DNA of 64,000 nt, from contig OX597831.1 in assembly GCA_951406725.2 (NCBI GenBank), positions 62,930,001 through 62,994,000 of the forward strand. The letters run 5' to 3'. The stretch's first letter is position 1. Each line of letters begins with the position of its first letter. Shown in pieces: positions 38,791 to 50,260 of this stretch. The stretch is from Octopus vulgaris (Eukaryota). The translations under genes were made by a program, and so were the position numbers. The notes under the pieces are model-generated. The model did not search any database. It was not told the origin of the DNA and worked only from the letters and a program-made list of their open reading frames with translations.

Positions 38791-40023
38791 GAATATCTGT
38801 ATAGATACAGAAATGAGTGTGTATATGTATGTGTGTGTGCGTGCGCGCCTTTATATGGAAAAATGTATGTACTTCTTTATGTGGAATTTAGTTTTTCGCA
38901 GGTTATGTGCAATTCACTTCCTAATTATTTGAACGGTCGTCCGACCCTAGTAAAGTCTTCTGACTCAAACGTCCCGTGTACTCAGACTTTCCTACTGATG
39001 CCTTCTGAAAATTTCGATTTGTGTACTGGTGTTTGTGGAATACTGAATTTACTTACTTATTAGTTTAATTAATTACTTATATATTAGTTTAATAAGTAGA
39101 GGTTTCTAACGGCCGAACAACCGAACATACATAGTCGAGATCAGTTAAGGATCCTTCAATATACCAGTGTGTGTGAATGCATGCTTATAAATTACATCAT
39201 GCTGTGTGTATATTAAAAAGGAAAACTTAATTTCAATATAAAAAAACCTATACAGCGTAGCCTAAAAACGCTGTAGATTGTTTGTGTAACGTACAAAACT
39301 ACTGCCAACATACCAGTTGCTGTAAAGATTCGGGGACGCGTTATTGGTTTTGTTCTATGTTTCGTGTTTCACAAAAACGATTAATATATAACAGCTGCGC
39401 TGGTTTTTCACGGATAAACATTACTTGTAAATAATGCAGAGAATGGAAAATATTAAACATGAAATCATTGCCAGTCCTTTGTTGAGATAAAACATTACAA
39501 AATTTATTAGCAAGATGAGGATAAAAGATTTATATTACAAGATGCGGTTGGATTTTATTATTACATATAATATATACAGATATCATTAGAATTTTATTAA
39601 ATATATCAAAATTGAGGCGCTAAGCGTAATTGAATCAATTCGGTTGGAAATTTGCCAAAGACAAACATGGTTTTATTCATGTGTCGGTTGGAAATATGTA
39701 CATATTACGTATGTGTGTGTATTTATCTCTCTAGCTATCAATCTATCCATTTATCTTTATCTGTGAAGAAAAAGTAAAAAACGCGAGGTAAACAGAGAAT
39801 ATATGTGTGGGTATGAGTGTACAAAAGGAAGCTTATTAAGGGAAAGATATAGAGATAGAGAGACAAACAGAGACAGAGAGTGGTAGAAAGAGTAGAAGAA
39901 TGAACTAAGTTCTATTTGGTTCAGCAGTTTCACAGAACCTGAGTATACTTTTTATCCCTTCCGGCTTTATTACGTTACGTACCAGGATTATGTGAAATAT
40001 CAGTAATATTTAGTAAACTTTAA

Positions 40024-40224
<201 letters not shown>

Positions 40225-40519
40225 CCACAAACGAAAACTAAAGCCCCGCATATTAGACGAACTCCAAGAACTGAGAGCCAACTTTCTCTCATATTACTTC
40301 CTAAATTTTAAATTTGAGGACGACTACGTAACATAAATATTGACCTACCGGGCATTATCCAAAACATTGCGACATAGTCAACACTCAAATGCTGCTGATA
40401 TAACGTTCTACACGACCTACACAGCAGCGGGATTGGGCAACAACACACAACACAGTAGTAGCATTAATAACAATGATAGCACATACTACTACTACTAATA
40501 ATAATAATAATTACAATAT

Positions 40520-40556
<37 letters not shown>

Positions 40557-40978
40557 TATATATATATACATATATATATACATACACACATATACACACC
40601 TATATATGTGTATATATGTGTATGCGTGTATATATATATATATTTATATATATTTATATATATTTATATATATAGAATATTATATTTCTATTACATATAT
40701 ATATATAATATTATTTATATATATTACATATATATAATATATATATTACATATATATATATGTATGTATATATATGTGTATATATATAATATTATATATA
40801 TATTAATAATAATTCTCTAAAAGAGATATAGACAGTAACTGCTCGATAACATAAGGGACTAAAGCCATCTGAATATGGCTAGGGACAGGGCAGGGTGGTG
40901 GGGGTGTTACTGTTGCATTTAGCCCCAGGCGAACATCGACGTCACCAGAAAGGCCCGACACCGTCACGGTGTCCTTAA

Positions 40979-41102
40979 CCTGCAAAGGGAGGTAATTCCC
41001 CGATGAAGCGGAAACCACACACGGACCATGGTTTCAAGGTGTATTGCCTATCGTCGGCGTGTGGTAGGCTTCCGCTTCCTCGACGAATTCTCACTCTGCA
41101 GG
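40979..41102 (-). ncRNA. Type I hammerhead ribozyme in a long rod-like hairpin (core CCGACGA)
   Basis: Minus strand: GAAGCGGAAgcctACCACACG-CCGACGA-tAGG-caataca-CCTt-GAAAC-CATG-GTC-CGTGTGTGGT-TTCCGCTTC. Pairing extends to CCTGCAGA/TTTGCAGG. Confidence 0.8.
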
Positions 41103-41170
41103 ATATTCATATATAGATTTTCAAGCAAAATACATTTGCTGATTTCGAAAATATATATATTACATATACA

Positions 41171-41246
<76 letters not shown>

Positions 41247-41644
41247 AGTGTGTGTGTGTGTATGTATATATATAATATCTTATATATATATACACACGAG
41301 GATTTATTAGAAATCAATGTTTGGCATTTTACATATGCTGGATGGTTCTGCATGGCAGATATCGTCTACAAATACAACTTCTCAAAATAGAGGCCATATT
41401 TATAACTATTCAATAATCCATATCGTATTCGGTTCCAACTGTTTCAATTCAATGTGTTTTGTGTTACTCGACATTGCCTTTTTTTCTCGACACCTTAAGG
41501 CAAGTAACCAAAAAGACGAATAGATGACCAGATATAATTCTAGCATATCCCAGTGAGTATTTCAGTGGAAGTAGAGCCTATAACCATCTAAAAAAATTTA
41601 ACCAATAAAGAAGAAATACACTATTTCTTTTGTTCTTGAGTCTA

Positions 41645-41699
<55 letters not shown>

Positions 41700-41962
41700 T
41701 ATAATCTTAGTGAGGGAGGCCGCATTAATAACGAGAGATAATACTTATCCCTACACAAACGTGCAGGTTCTTTAAGAGCAAACTTTACTGCGGTATTTAA
41801 CATGTAGAAACTCTCACATTGGCTTTTTGGTGCAAGCGGGCAGGTAAATTCCTGCTACTCTAGCGTTGAGACCACTAGATAAGGCGATTACGACCTTGTT
41901 TTGTCTTATCAATTGTGGACACTCGACGGCTAGAGACAGCACTAACTCACCCTGCATCGTCA

Positions 41963-42007
<45 letters not shown>

Positions 42008-42012
<5 letters not shown>

Positions 42013-42310
42013 AGGGTAATAAGAATTATAGAAATTATTATTACCAATGACCTAGCACGAAATAATAGTCAATATACTATATATTACTCCCATAAAAATA
42101 TAGTGTACATTAGAACACATTAAGATGCTTCCAAATAGGAAAGTCTTGAGCTAGAAAGAGCAGTAGAAAACTCAAACCACTAATTATGGATAAATTCCCG
42201 AAAGGATTGAAAATTAAAAACGTTTACCATTTAATTTAGTTCCTAGACCATGGTTTCTAACTCATTCCAGTAAAAATATATTTACTGAGGGTAGTTTTCG
42301 TCAGTAGGGA
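42008..42310 (-). mobile_element. Hammerhead-bearing small element related to 11210-11738
   Basis: Shares TTAGGGTA..., TTACCAaTGaCCTAGC, TAGTCAATA.ACTATATATTA, GCTAGAAAGAGCAGT and CCTAGACC blocks. The 3' end abuts (TA)n. Confidence 0.75.
42242..42308 (-). ncRNA. Type I hammerhead ribozyme with fully canonical core
   Basis: Minus strand: CCTA-CTGACGA-aAACT...CAGTAAA/TTTACTG hairpin...AGTTa-GAAAC-CATG-GTC-TAGG. Confidence 0.85.
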
Positions 42311-43003
42311 GCCTTTAGATTTCAAATATACACACAAATAGATTCGCACGTAAACTAGTTGCCAGTATATCCTAATTTTCAAAACAACCGCGTCGATGTG
42401 TTCTAATGTACACGATATATATATATATACATATATATTGACGATGCGCACACTCACAACCCAGCGTGTATATACTTGTACTAATACAACCTTATTCGAA
42501 AGGATGACAAATATATCACTACACATTTTGAGCGCCATTAGCAGCTATAGTGTGCATCACTGATATCACTCCTCTCGTGCCCAACACCTCCAACAATTCG
42601 TTAGTCACATATCACATGTACCTCCTAAAATATCTCCATAATTTGGCTGGACTCAGGCTTATGGATTAACCGTGCATATACTTATGTGCTGCTTACATAT
42701 CTATTTATTCACATATGTATAATACATGCATTGATAAGTACGTCTATGTATATATGTACGTACACTCATGCATATATAAACATACATACATACACACGCA
42801 CATACGCACACACATGCACATATTTATACATATATACTGTCATATGTTTCAAGGTGCACGAATTTACGAAAGATTGAAGGGTCTTGAATGTCCTATAAAT
42901 TTTACTTAATGGCCATTAAAAATATAAGTGATAATTTATATATTCACAGACACACAAGAATCTTCAAACATACACTCACACACAAACACATACACACACG
43001 CAT

Positions 43004-43037
<34 letters not shown>

Positions 43038-43375
43038 ACATATGTATCTGTATGAATATAAGTATATATGTATGTATGTATGTATGTATGAGTCCATATG
43101 TATATTTCTGTATGTACCTATGGAAGTAGATGTGCGTAAATTGTATGTACATGTGGTATGTGTATGTGTATTAAGTGTGCGCATGATATCATTGCACTTA
43201 AATAATGTCATTAATAGCCGAGCGGGAGCCGGTTATTAAATAAATTATGTGATAAAATGAAACATCATAACAATTTAACAGACAATAATGTTCCTGATTT
43301 AAGTTTTAGCAGAATAGCGGTAAGTATGCATTTGGGGAAATGGGGAGATAAGCAGGGATGCAGGTAGACAGATAA

Positions 43376-43465
<90 letters not shown>

Positions 43466-43519
43466 TTATCTGTCTACATGCATCTCTGCTTATCTCCTCA
43501 TTTATATATATATAATTAT

Positions 43520-43715
43520 TCATATATATACAGTTGGAATTTACAAAAATAAACAAAACAAAAGAGGAAGACGTGTGTAAACAACAAACAGATGTATTAG
43601 TTTAACGCTCGGGGAGTGAGAAAATCTTTTACCTTTCCAGCCTATGCCCTTCAACAGAATTAAGCAGAGAGAGAAAATATAAAAAAAGGTTTAGTGACTA
43701 GCGCTCAATTATGGC

Positions 43716-43717
<2 letters not shown>
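43520..43717 (-). mobile_element. Solo 3' tail of a Neptune-type PLE with decayed minimal hammerhead
   Basis: Similar to 2142-2330 (AAAAGAyTTTCTC...CCCGArCGTyAAA.TAATA). Flanked by (TA)n on both sides. Confidence 0.7.
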
Positions 43718-43757
<40 letters not shown>

Positions 43758-43924
43758 TATAAATAAATTCTAAAATTTTGGATTTGCCATTTATCAGCTT
43801 TTGCTTCTTGGCCACCCATATTACTGTTGTTATTATTCATTTTACTAAAGATAATTAATAATATTATATATATATTAATAATTCCGAACATTTATTCATT
43901 TAGCAATTATATATATGTGTATAC

Positions 43925-43990
<66 letters not shown>

Positions 43991-44053
43991 ATACATGTAT
44001 GTATATGTTTATATATGTATATATATATACACATATATATATAAGTATCTATG

Positions 44054-44157
<104 letters not shown>

Positions 44158-44609
44158 TATATATATAACGCACTTGTATAACATCATCGATTTTTTACTA
44201 AAAATAATGACCAACAATTGGCTAGTTCATCTGGTCGCTATTGAAGTCATACAATAGAGTACAATACGTGGCATAAGTGGTATGTATGTGTTCAAAGAAG
44301 AGCACTGCAGTCTGTTGAAGTTTTGATAAACAACAATATATTCTTTTCGTACGCGAGAAATGAGAGACGTCGTTATTACGAATGACAAAACATTGGGAGA
44401 GATTTTGTTCCTGGTCTAGTTGTAACAGCAGGTAAACGGTGGTTAGCTGCTTGACGGCCCCTGACTACTTGTGTCGTTCGTCTTCCGACGATTCATTGCC
44501 TTTGTGTTGTTAGCCGCTGCTCTCACTGTTGCATCCCAAAAGGTCTCTCTGCTGCATCTCAAAGTTTTCTGTCTCGTGTTCTGGACGTACTGAATATATA
44601 TAGGTTGAT

Positions 44610-44842
44610 AGGCGGCGAGCTGGCAGAAACGTTAGCACGCCGAGCGAAATTCGCGGCCGTATTTCGTCTGCCGTTACGTCCTCAGTTCAAATTCCGCCAA
44701 AGTCGACTTTGCCTTTCTTCCTTTCAGGGTCGATAAATTAAGTACCAGTTACGCACTGGGGTCGATATAATCGACTTAATTCGTCTGTCTGTCCTTGATT
44801 GTCTCCTCTGTGTTTAGCCCCTTGTGGGCAGTAAAAAATAGG
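44610..44842 (+). mobile_element. SINE family B, full length
   Basis: Consensus match. Flanking duplication ATAGGTTGATAGGCG (44600-44614 / 44838-44852) overlaps the ends. Confidence 0.92.
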
Positions 44843-45128
44843 TTGATAGGCGCAGACGGTAGCGCCCCAAAAGAAAAAAAATCATTGCTGGTGCATGTTC
44901 GACGCGAAGTCGTGATTGATCAGATTATGTTGATCACGTGGGCAATATTCTAGCGAATCAGGATATCGAGTGATTATTGATTATTCCCGCTACATATGTA
45001 GCTAAACCAGCTTTCGCTATACAATTTATTAGTGAACATTGTGTGTAACGACGCTGCAAGATTAATAAATATACAAGTTTTTAAAGTGTACAAGAGGCCG
45101 TTTCTCAATGATGTTAATGACTAACGGT

Positions 45129-45571
45129 GGATCTTTTCGGTTTGAACGGCAGTTTTTTTTTCTAGCGGTGTCATATGAAATTGTCACCCATAATTATGAC
45201 CCTAGTATCGAGCTATTGCATTTCAATCTGTTTTAGGGTTAGGATTAGAGTTAGGGTTAGCTAGGGTTAAGGGTGGAGGGAAGGGTATCTTTTTTTCTTC
45301 AGAAATGTAAATAAACCCAATCTGTTTCTTAAACGAGGGACATATTTATGCGGCACAGAATGTTTTCAGCTCAATAGACGTCATTGATTGGTTGAAATTG
45401 TAGAATTTGAAGAAAAAATAACAACAAATATCTTATAAACTATAGAATTTTCTCAATAAAGCCAAGAGAAAAAGATGTTTTATAAACACATTCTACCAGT
45501 ATACGAAGTTTAAAAGTGTTTAGTTACGTGGAAATTATTTTAAAAAACTGCCGGTCAAACCGAAAAGATCC
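45129..45571. mobile_element. MITE with ~28-bp TIRs and perfect 8-bp TSD (Merlin-like), copy 2
   Basis: Same TIRs and body as 31567-31979. TSD CTAACGGT at 45121-45128 and 45572-45579. Confidence 0.93.
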
Positions 45572-46925
45572 CTAACGGTTAATGCGGAAGAGAAAGACAC
45601 TCAAGTTGATGCCATGAAAAAGCAGCGCTCTAGCGGATTAATGACGTGACGTAATCAAAGGATGCGTTAATGAAACAAAGCAACATTTAGAAATAGGTAT
45701 AAATTCCTTTGCAGATAGAAGCTAGAAGGTACAGAAGTTTCATTAATCTGAAGAAGTACGGTTAACTTGTGAGAGAGGTTGATATTCTCGAAATAAAATG
45801 GTGACTCCTCAAATAAGATGAAAAATGTAAAGGATTTATGACAGATGATCGCCATAAAATATTATTAAATGCAAATGATCTAAAAATAAATAGATTGTAG
45901 GTTATCTGATGTATCATAATAGCACTGGCAACGAAATCAACGAAACTTATTCATTAGTGAACTTTTTTTCTTAAAAGTAAAGAGATGAGGAAATTCTGTG
46001 AAGGTGTAAAAATGTGTGCAATTATTCATTAAAATAAAGACATAATTCATTGTGAACGAAATGCAAAGATTAGAAGCGATGGCCATGGGTCTTGGATTGG
46101 AATATTTGGTAGATGTGCCTTTCATAAATCTAACGAGCTGTGAATATGCCTAATAGAATTAACAAAACAGCACCGAAAAAATATAAGAAACCAATATCAA
46201 AAAAGTATGAATCAATTATAAATAGAGTTAAAATTCTAGTTTTCCTCGCGTAGTTCAGTTACAGGTAGGGAAAATAAATGTCTGATAATAACGTTAAAGA
46301 TTTAGCTTACATCAGTCAGGATGAACGTATCTAAGAACAAAACATCCTCTTGAAATATTGAATGGCCTGAACATAACCGTCCAATTTAAGCCAAGGTAAA
46401 CAGGTAGATTTGCAGCTTAATTATTAGATGTATGTTTCAAAGATTAACAGGGCCCACTGAATTTATAACAGAAGTTATAATAGCCAACAGAACCCTTAGT
46501 AACAAGAAGAATGTTAAAAGTCGTCGAATGAATAAAACGTTTTAGCTAGTTTTGACGTGAGAGGCGGTTTTGTAACAGAAAATAGAAAATAAAAAATGTA
46601 GTAAAATATAGATTGGCAATAAGAAAGGGAAACTATATGACAGCAAGAGATACATGAATTACAAGACATGTGACGAAAGAGAAATAACTGAAAGATATTG
46701 CAAATGTTTAAATAATTACCACAAAACTGGACAGCCGGGTAATTATAGCAAGAAATTTGTCGAAATAAGATTGTAACCGGAGAGTGTACGACGGCAATAA
46801 AGTAGAAACAGGTAATAAAGTACAACAATTAACAAAATATGTTTCTTTAATTAATATTCAACAGGGGCTATAAATAACATCAAAGGAAGTTATATAAGAA
46901 ACTGGGGAATTGACATGCAATATAT

Positions 46926-47330
46926 CTATTTCTTTACTGCCAACAAGGGACTAAACATAGAGGGGACAAACAAGGACAGACAAATTGATTAATTCGATTA
47001 CATCGACCCCAGTGCGACACTGGTACTTTATTTATCGACCCGAAAGGCTGAAAGGCAAAGTCGACCTCGGCGGAATTTGAACTCAGAATGTAACGACAGA
47101 CGAAATACCTATTTCTTTACTACCCACAAGGGGCTAAACACAGAAGACAAATAAGGACAGACAAAGGGATTAAGTCGATTACATCGACACCAGGGCGACA
47201 CTGGTACTTAATTTATCGACCCCGAAAGGATGAAAGTAAAGTCGACCTCGTCGGAATTTGAACTCAGAATGTAACATCAGACGAAATACCGCTAAGCATT
47301 TCGCCCGGCGTGCTAACGTGCCTGCCAGCA
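46926..47330 (-). mobile_element. SINE family B head-to-tail dimer
   Basis: Near-full copy ~47108-47330, followed directly by a 5'-truncated copy 46926-47107. Confidence 0.9.
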
Positions 47331-48107
47331 CAGAAAAGTTTAGGGAGTGAGCTAAGTACACGAACAAGAGTAAATCTACAACTTGTAATATTGTCTACAA
47401 GAGAATTATTCATCCAAGCAAGGTACTTTTTATATATATTTAACTTATTCGAATCAAAGCAATAATAAAAAATGATGCTTTGGAAAACAGAGCATCGATT
47501 TCAGAGTCTTAGAGACATTATTAAATAGGCTTTAAACGGTTGTTTTGAAGGAGAAATTCTTAGAAGCCCACTTGGAAATTTGTCAGAACTTAATTCACTT
47601 CAAATTCTTTTGAGTGAGATATGGTTCCAATGATGTTTTATAACAAAATATAGCATGAAGCTTACAATCGTATATATGTTATAAAGAGAACATGCAAAAA
47701 ATATTTTTGTCAGGAAATCCACACTTTAACTGGCTTAAAACAGTAGATGTCAGAAAAGGGTGTGTTCCTTTAGTGTATTTCTAGAATATCTAATGACCAG
47801 TCATTTAAAAGGAAGTCAGTAATCTCTATTTGATCGAGGATATTGTTTAACTGAGCAGAATTCCGAATCGCTTCGTGATGTAATGACACATTTAAGAAGA
47901 ATTGCAGTCCCTGAAGCAATAGAAATGAGTGCCCAAAAAAAGAACTTGGTGAACGATAATGAAAATTGAAGAGAAAAACGATCAATTCATCTGGAACAGC
48001 CCGCAAGTTTCTCAATCATTTTCATAAATTTAAATAACTGTGATGAATAATAAAGGAAAATGTAACGGCTAAGAAAACAATACAGCTCCATGCTACAGCA
48101 ACTTTAC

Positions 48108-48472
48108 CATCGTCGTCGTCGTCGTCATCATCTCCGTCATCGTAGTCATCACCGTCGTCGTAGTCATCGCCGTCGTCGTCAACGTCGTCGTCATCATTGT
48201 CATCGTCGTCAACGTCGTCGTCGTCAAAGTCATTGTCCTAGTCAACGTATTGTCCTAGTCAACGTCGTCGTCGTCAAAGTCATTGTCCTAGTCAACGTCA
48301 TCGTCGTCAAAGTCGTAGTCAACGTCGTCGTCGTCAATGTCGTCGTCGTAGTCAACGTCGTTGTCGTCAAAGTCGTCGTCGTTAAAGTCGTCGTCGTCGT
48401 AGTCAACGTCGTCGTCGTCAAAGTCGTCGTCGTCATCGCTGCCGCCGCCGCTGTCGTCGTCTCTGTCATCGT
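48108..48472. repeat. (GTC)n-derived compound trinucleotide repeat
   Basis: Visible directly, with recurring GTCAACGTC, GTCAAAGTC and GTCATTGTCCTA variants. Confidence 0.95.
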
Positions 48473-48499
48473 TGTTATGCATCGTAACCCTGCAGCACA

Positions 48500-48800
48500 A
48501 TGATGACGTTATAATTAAAGTCTTCAGCGCAAGTTCTCCACACTGCCTTGCCACACCTCTCCATCCAGCTTCTGATATTGGTCATACATTGCGTTCCTTG
48601 CCTGCCTCTTCATCAACCACTCTCTACTTGGTAATATTATCCAGACCTCTGCTTATTCGAATATGTCCATAATAAATGAGGTTTTATTTTTTTAAGCTTT
48701 CACACTGTTCGTATTTCACCTATTTCCCGTAACACGCATTCGTTTGTCCGGTGGTCCTTGTTAGAGACTGTTAACATTCTCCTATACACCCACATTCCAA
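48500..48800 (-). mobile_element. RTE-clade LINE, 3' segment
   Basis: FGMWVYRRMLTVSNKDHRTNECVLREIG...LIYYGHIR is the typical RTE C-terminal region. Confidence 0.8.
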
Positions 48801-49310
48801 AGGAGTTAGTCGGGGCTGTCTTCTTCCTCTATACTTGTTCAGCATCTACACTGAGTGGATAATGCGAGAAGCAATACGGGAAGCAAAATGGCTTGCATAT
48901 TTTTAATCTTGGGTATGTAGCCAACGCTATTCTAATAGCCAAGACTGAAGCCGGACTACAAGAAATAATAGAATGGAGAAGCTATCAAATACGCATGATC
49001 TTTATCTGAAACACAGGAAATCAAAAACCATAGTAGTGGGAAAAGAAAAAAATATTAACATCAAACTGAGTACTGAGAAGGTCGATCAGGTTGGGATGTA
49101 CGAGTTTCTTGGGGCCCAAATCTCTGATGAAGTGATATGTAAGAAAGATTTAAGGCCGTGACTAGCCATGAGAAGAATCTCCATAGGAAAGCTTAATAAT
49201 ATCTGGAGAGGCAAAAATCGACAATGTTAAAAAGGCTAGTGCAAACGCTGATTTGGCCGATAGGCATTTATGGTTACGAAGCATGGATTCTGAACAAATT
49301 GGAAGAGAAT
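48797..49310 (+). mobile_element. RTE-clade LINE RT segment, inverted relative to its 3' part
   Basis: KGVSRGCLLPLYLFSIYTEWIMREA, NLGYVAN (decayed YADD), YEFLGAQI and LIWPIGIYGYEAWILNK. Confidence 0.85.
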
Positions 49311-49794
49311 TACGGAGACGTTACCTAAATTAGACCATGGTTCATCGAGTTAAAGGACTGCAATATCAAGGTTCATATTTTTCATAGCAATACTATTTCA
49401 GCTGCAGACTATGAATGCAAGTCATGGACGTTAGACGACAAAACAGATTATGGAATATTACAGAAAGATGCTACTATGTACAAAGCATTTGCGTTACCGA
49501 GATCTCAGGTAAAAAAAATGTTAGGTGCTTCAACGAATAATCAAGAGGTGTATAACGAAATGGTTTATTTCCTAAAAGGACACCGTGAATACTTGCCAGT
49601 AGTAACTATAGAGTGTACGGACAAACACTCGGCGATGTGGTGTCAGAAACCCAGAAACATTGATTGGGAACAACAGAGAAAAAATAAGGTATAAGTACAA
49701 AGATGATGTTCAGTTAAGAGGGCATGTTTACTCCCTCGCCCTTGACCCACGGCTTCACTCCTCGCTGCTATACATTTTTATATATTTGTACTAA

Positions 49795-50260
49795 ATTCTT
49801 GGTGAAAATGCTGTTGAAGTAAATTTGGATGAATCTTTAGTGTTCAAATGCAAAAATCCACAGGGTTATTTGTTTTCAACTATTTTGTGTTTTTGGAATG
49901 AACAGCGATAAATAAGACGGATACCTGACTATGGAAATGGTTGCTGTGTAGGTAAATTAATACCAATTCATTATTCAGGAGCCGACGCTTTTATAGATAT
50001 ATAGCATGTGTATAATGAGTTAGCTACTCTAGCTGTCAGCATCATAGAGTTAATGATTCTTGGGGTTTTATTGATATTACTACGTGTGCACTTAGTAACG
50101 ACCTTGAGTCATTGCGCCAAATTATTAGAAATCCAATAAAAGGAATCAGTGGCTGTCAGTATGAATTAAGTGGCCCCACTTAAATGGATGTTTGTATGCG
50201 GATCGGTTGGACTTTTCGACAGCAATATTATTGCAAGAGTTGGATCAGGTTCTAAGGGAT
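49795..50260 (+). pseudogene. Decayed Merlin (IS1595-like DDE) transposase
   Basis: VEVNLDESLVFKCKNPQG (VEIDES..KRKY.RG), GADAFIDI*HVYNEL (PGT.I.SD.W.AY..L) and HHRVNDSWGFIDITTCALSNDLESL (H..VNHS..FVDP.TG.HT..IESLW). Confidence 0.8.

Noticed and set aside
41000-41030. Plus-strand CCGATGA-AGCG-GAAAC suggesting an ambisense (viroid-like) second hammerhead
   Set aside because: There is no helix II and no NUH triplet. It is likely a by-product of the hairpin.
41700-41966. 265-bp island between TA tracts with TTGACGA and AAAAC-AAG-GTC on the minus strand
   Set aside because: Both catalytic boxes are mutated and the helices are unconvincing. It may be an old member of the class but is not supportable.
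44175-44994. Possible solo LTR (TG...CA ends, TATA-like tract)
   Set aside because: No matching target-site duplication, no second copy and no internal domains.
48090-48554. Poly-Arg, poly-Val, poly-Thr and poly-Asp ORFs
   Set aside because: These are frames of the (GTC)n repeat.
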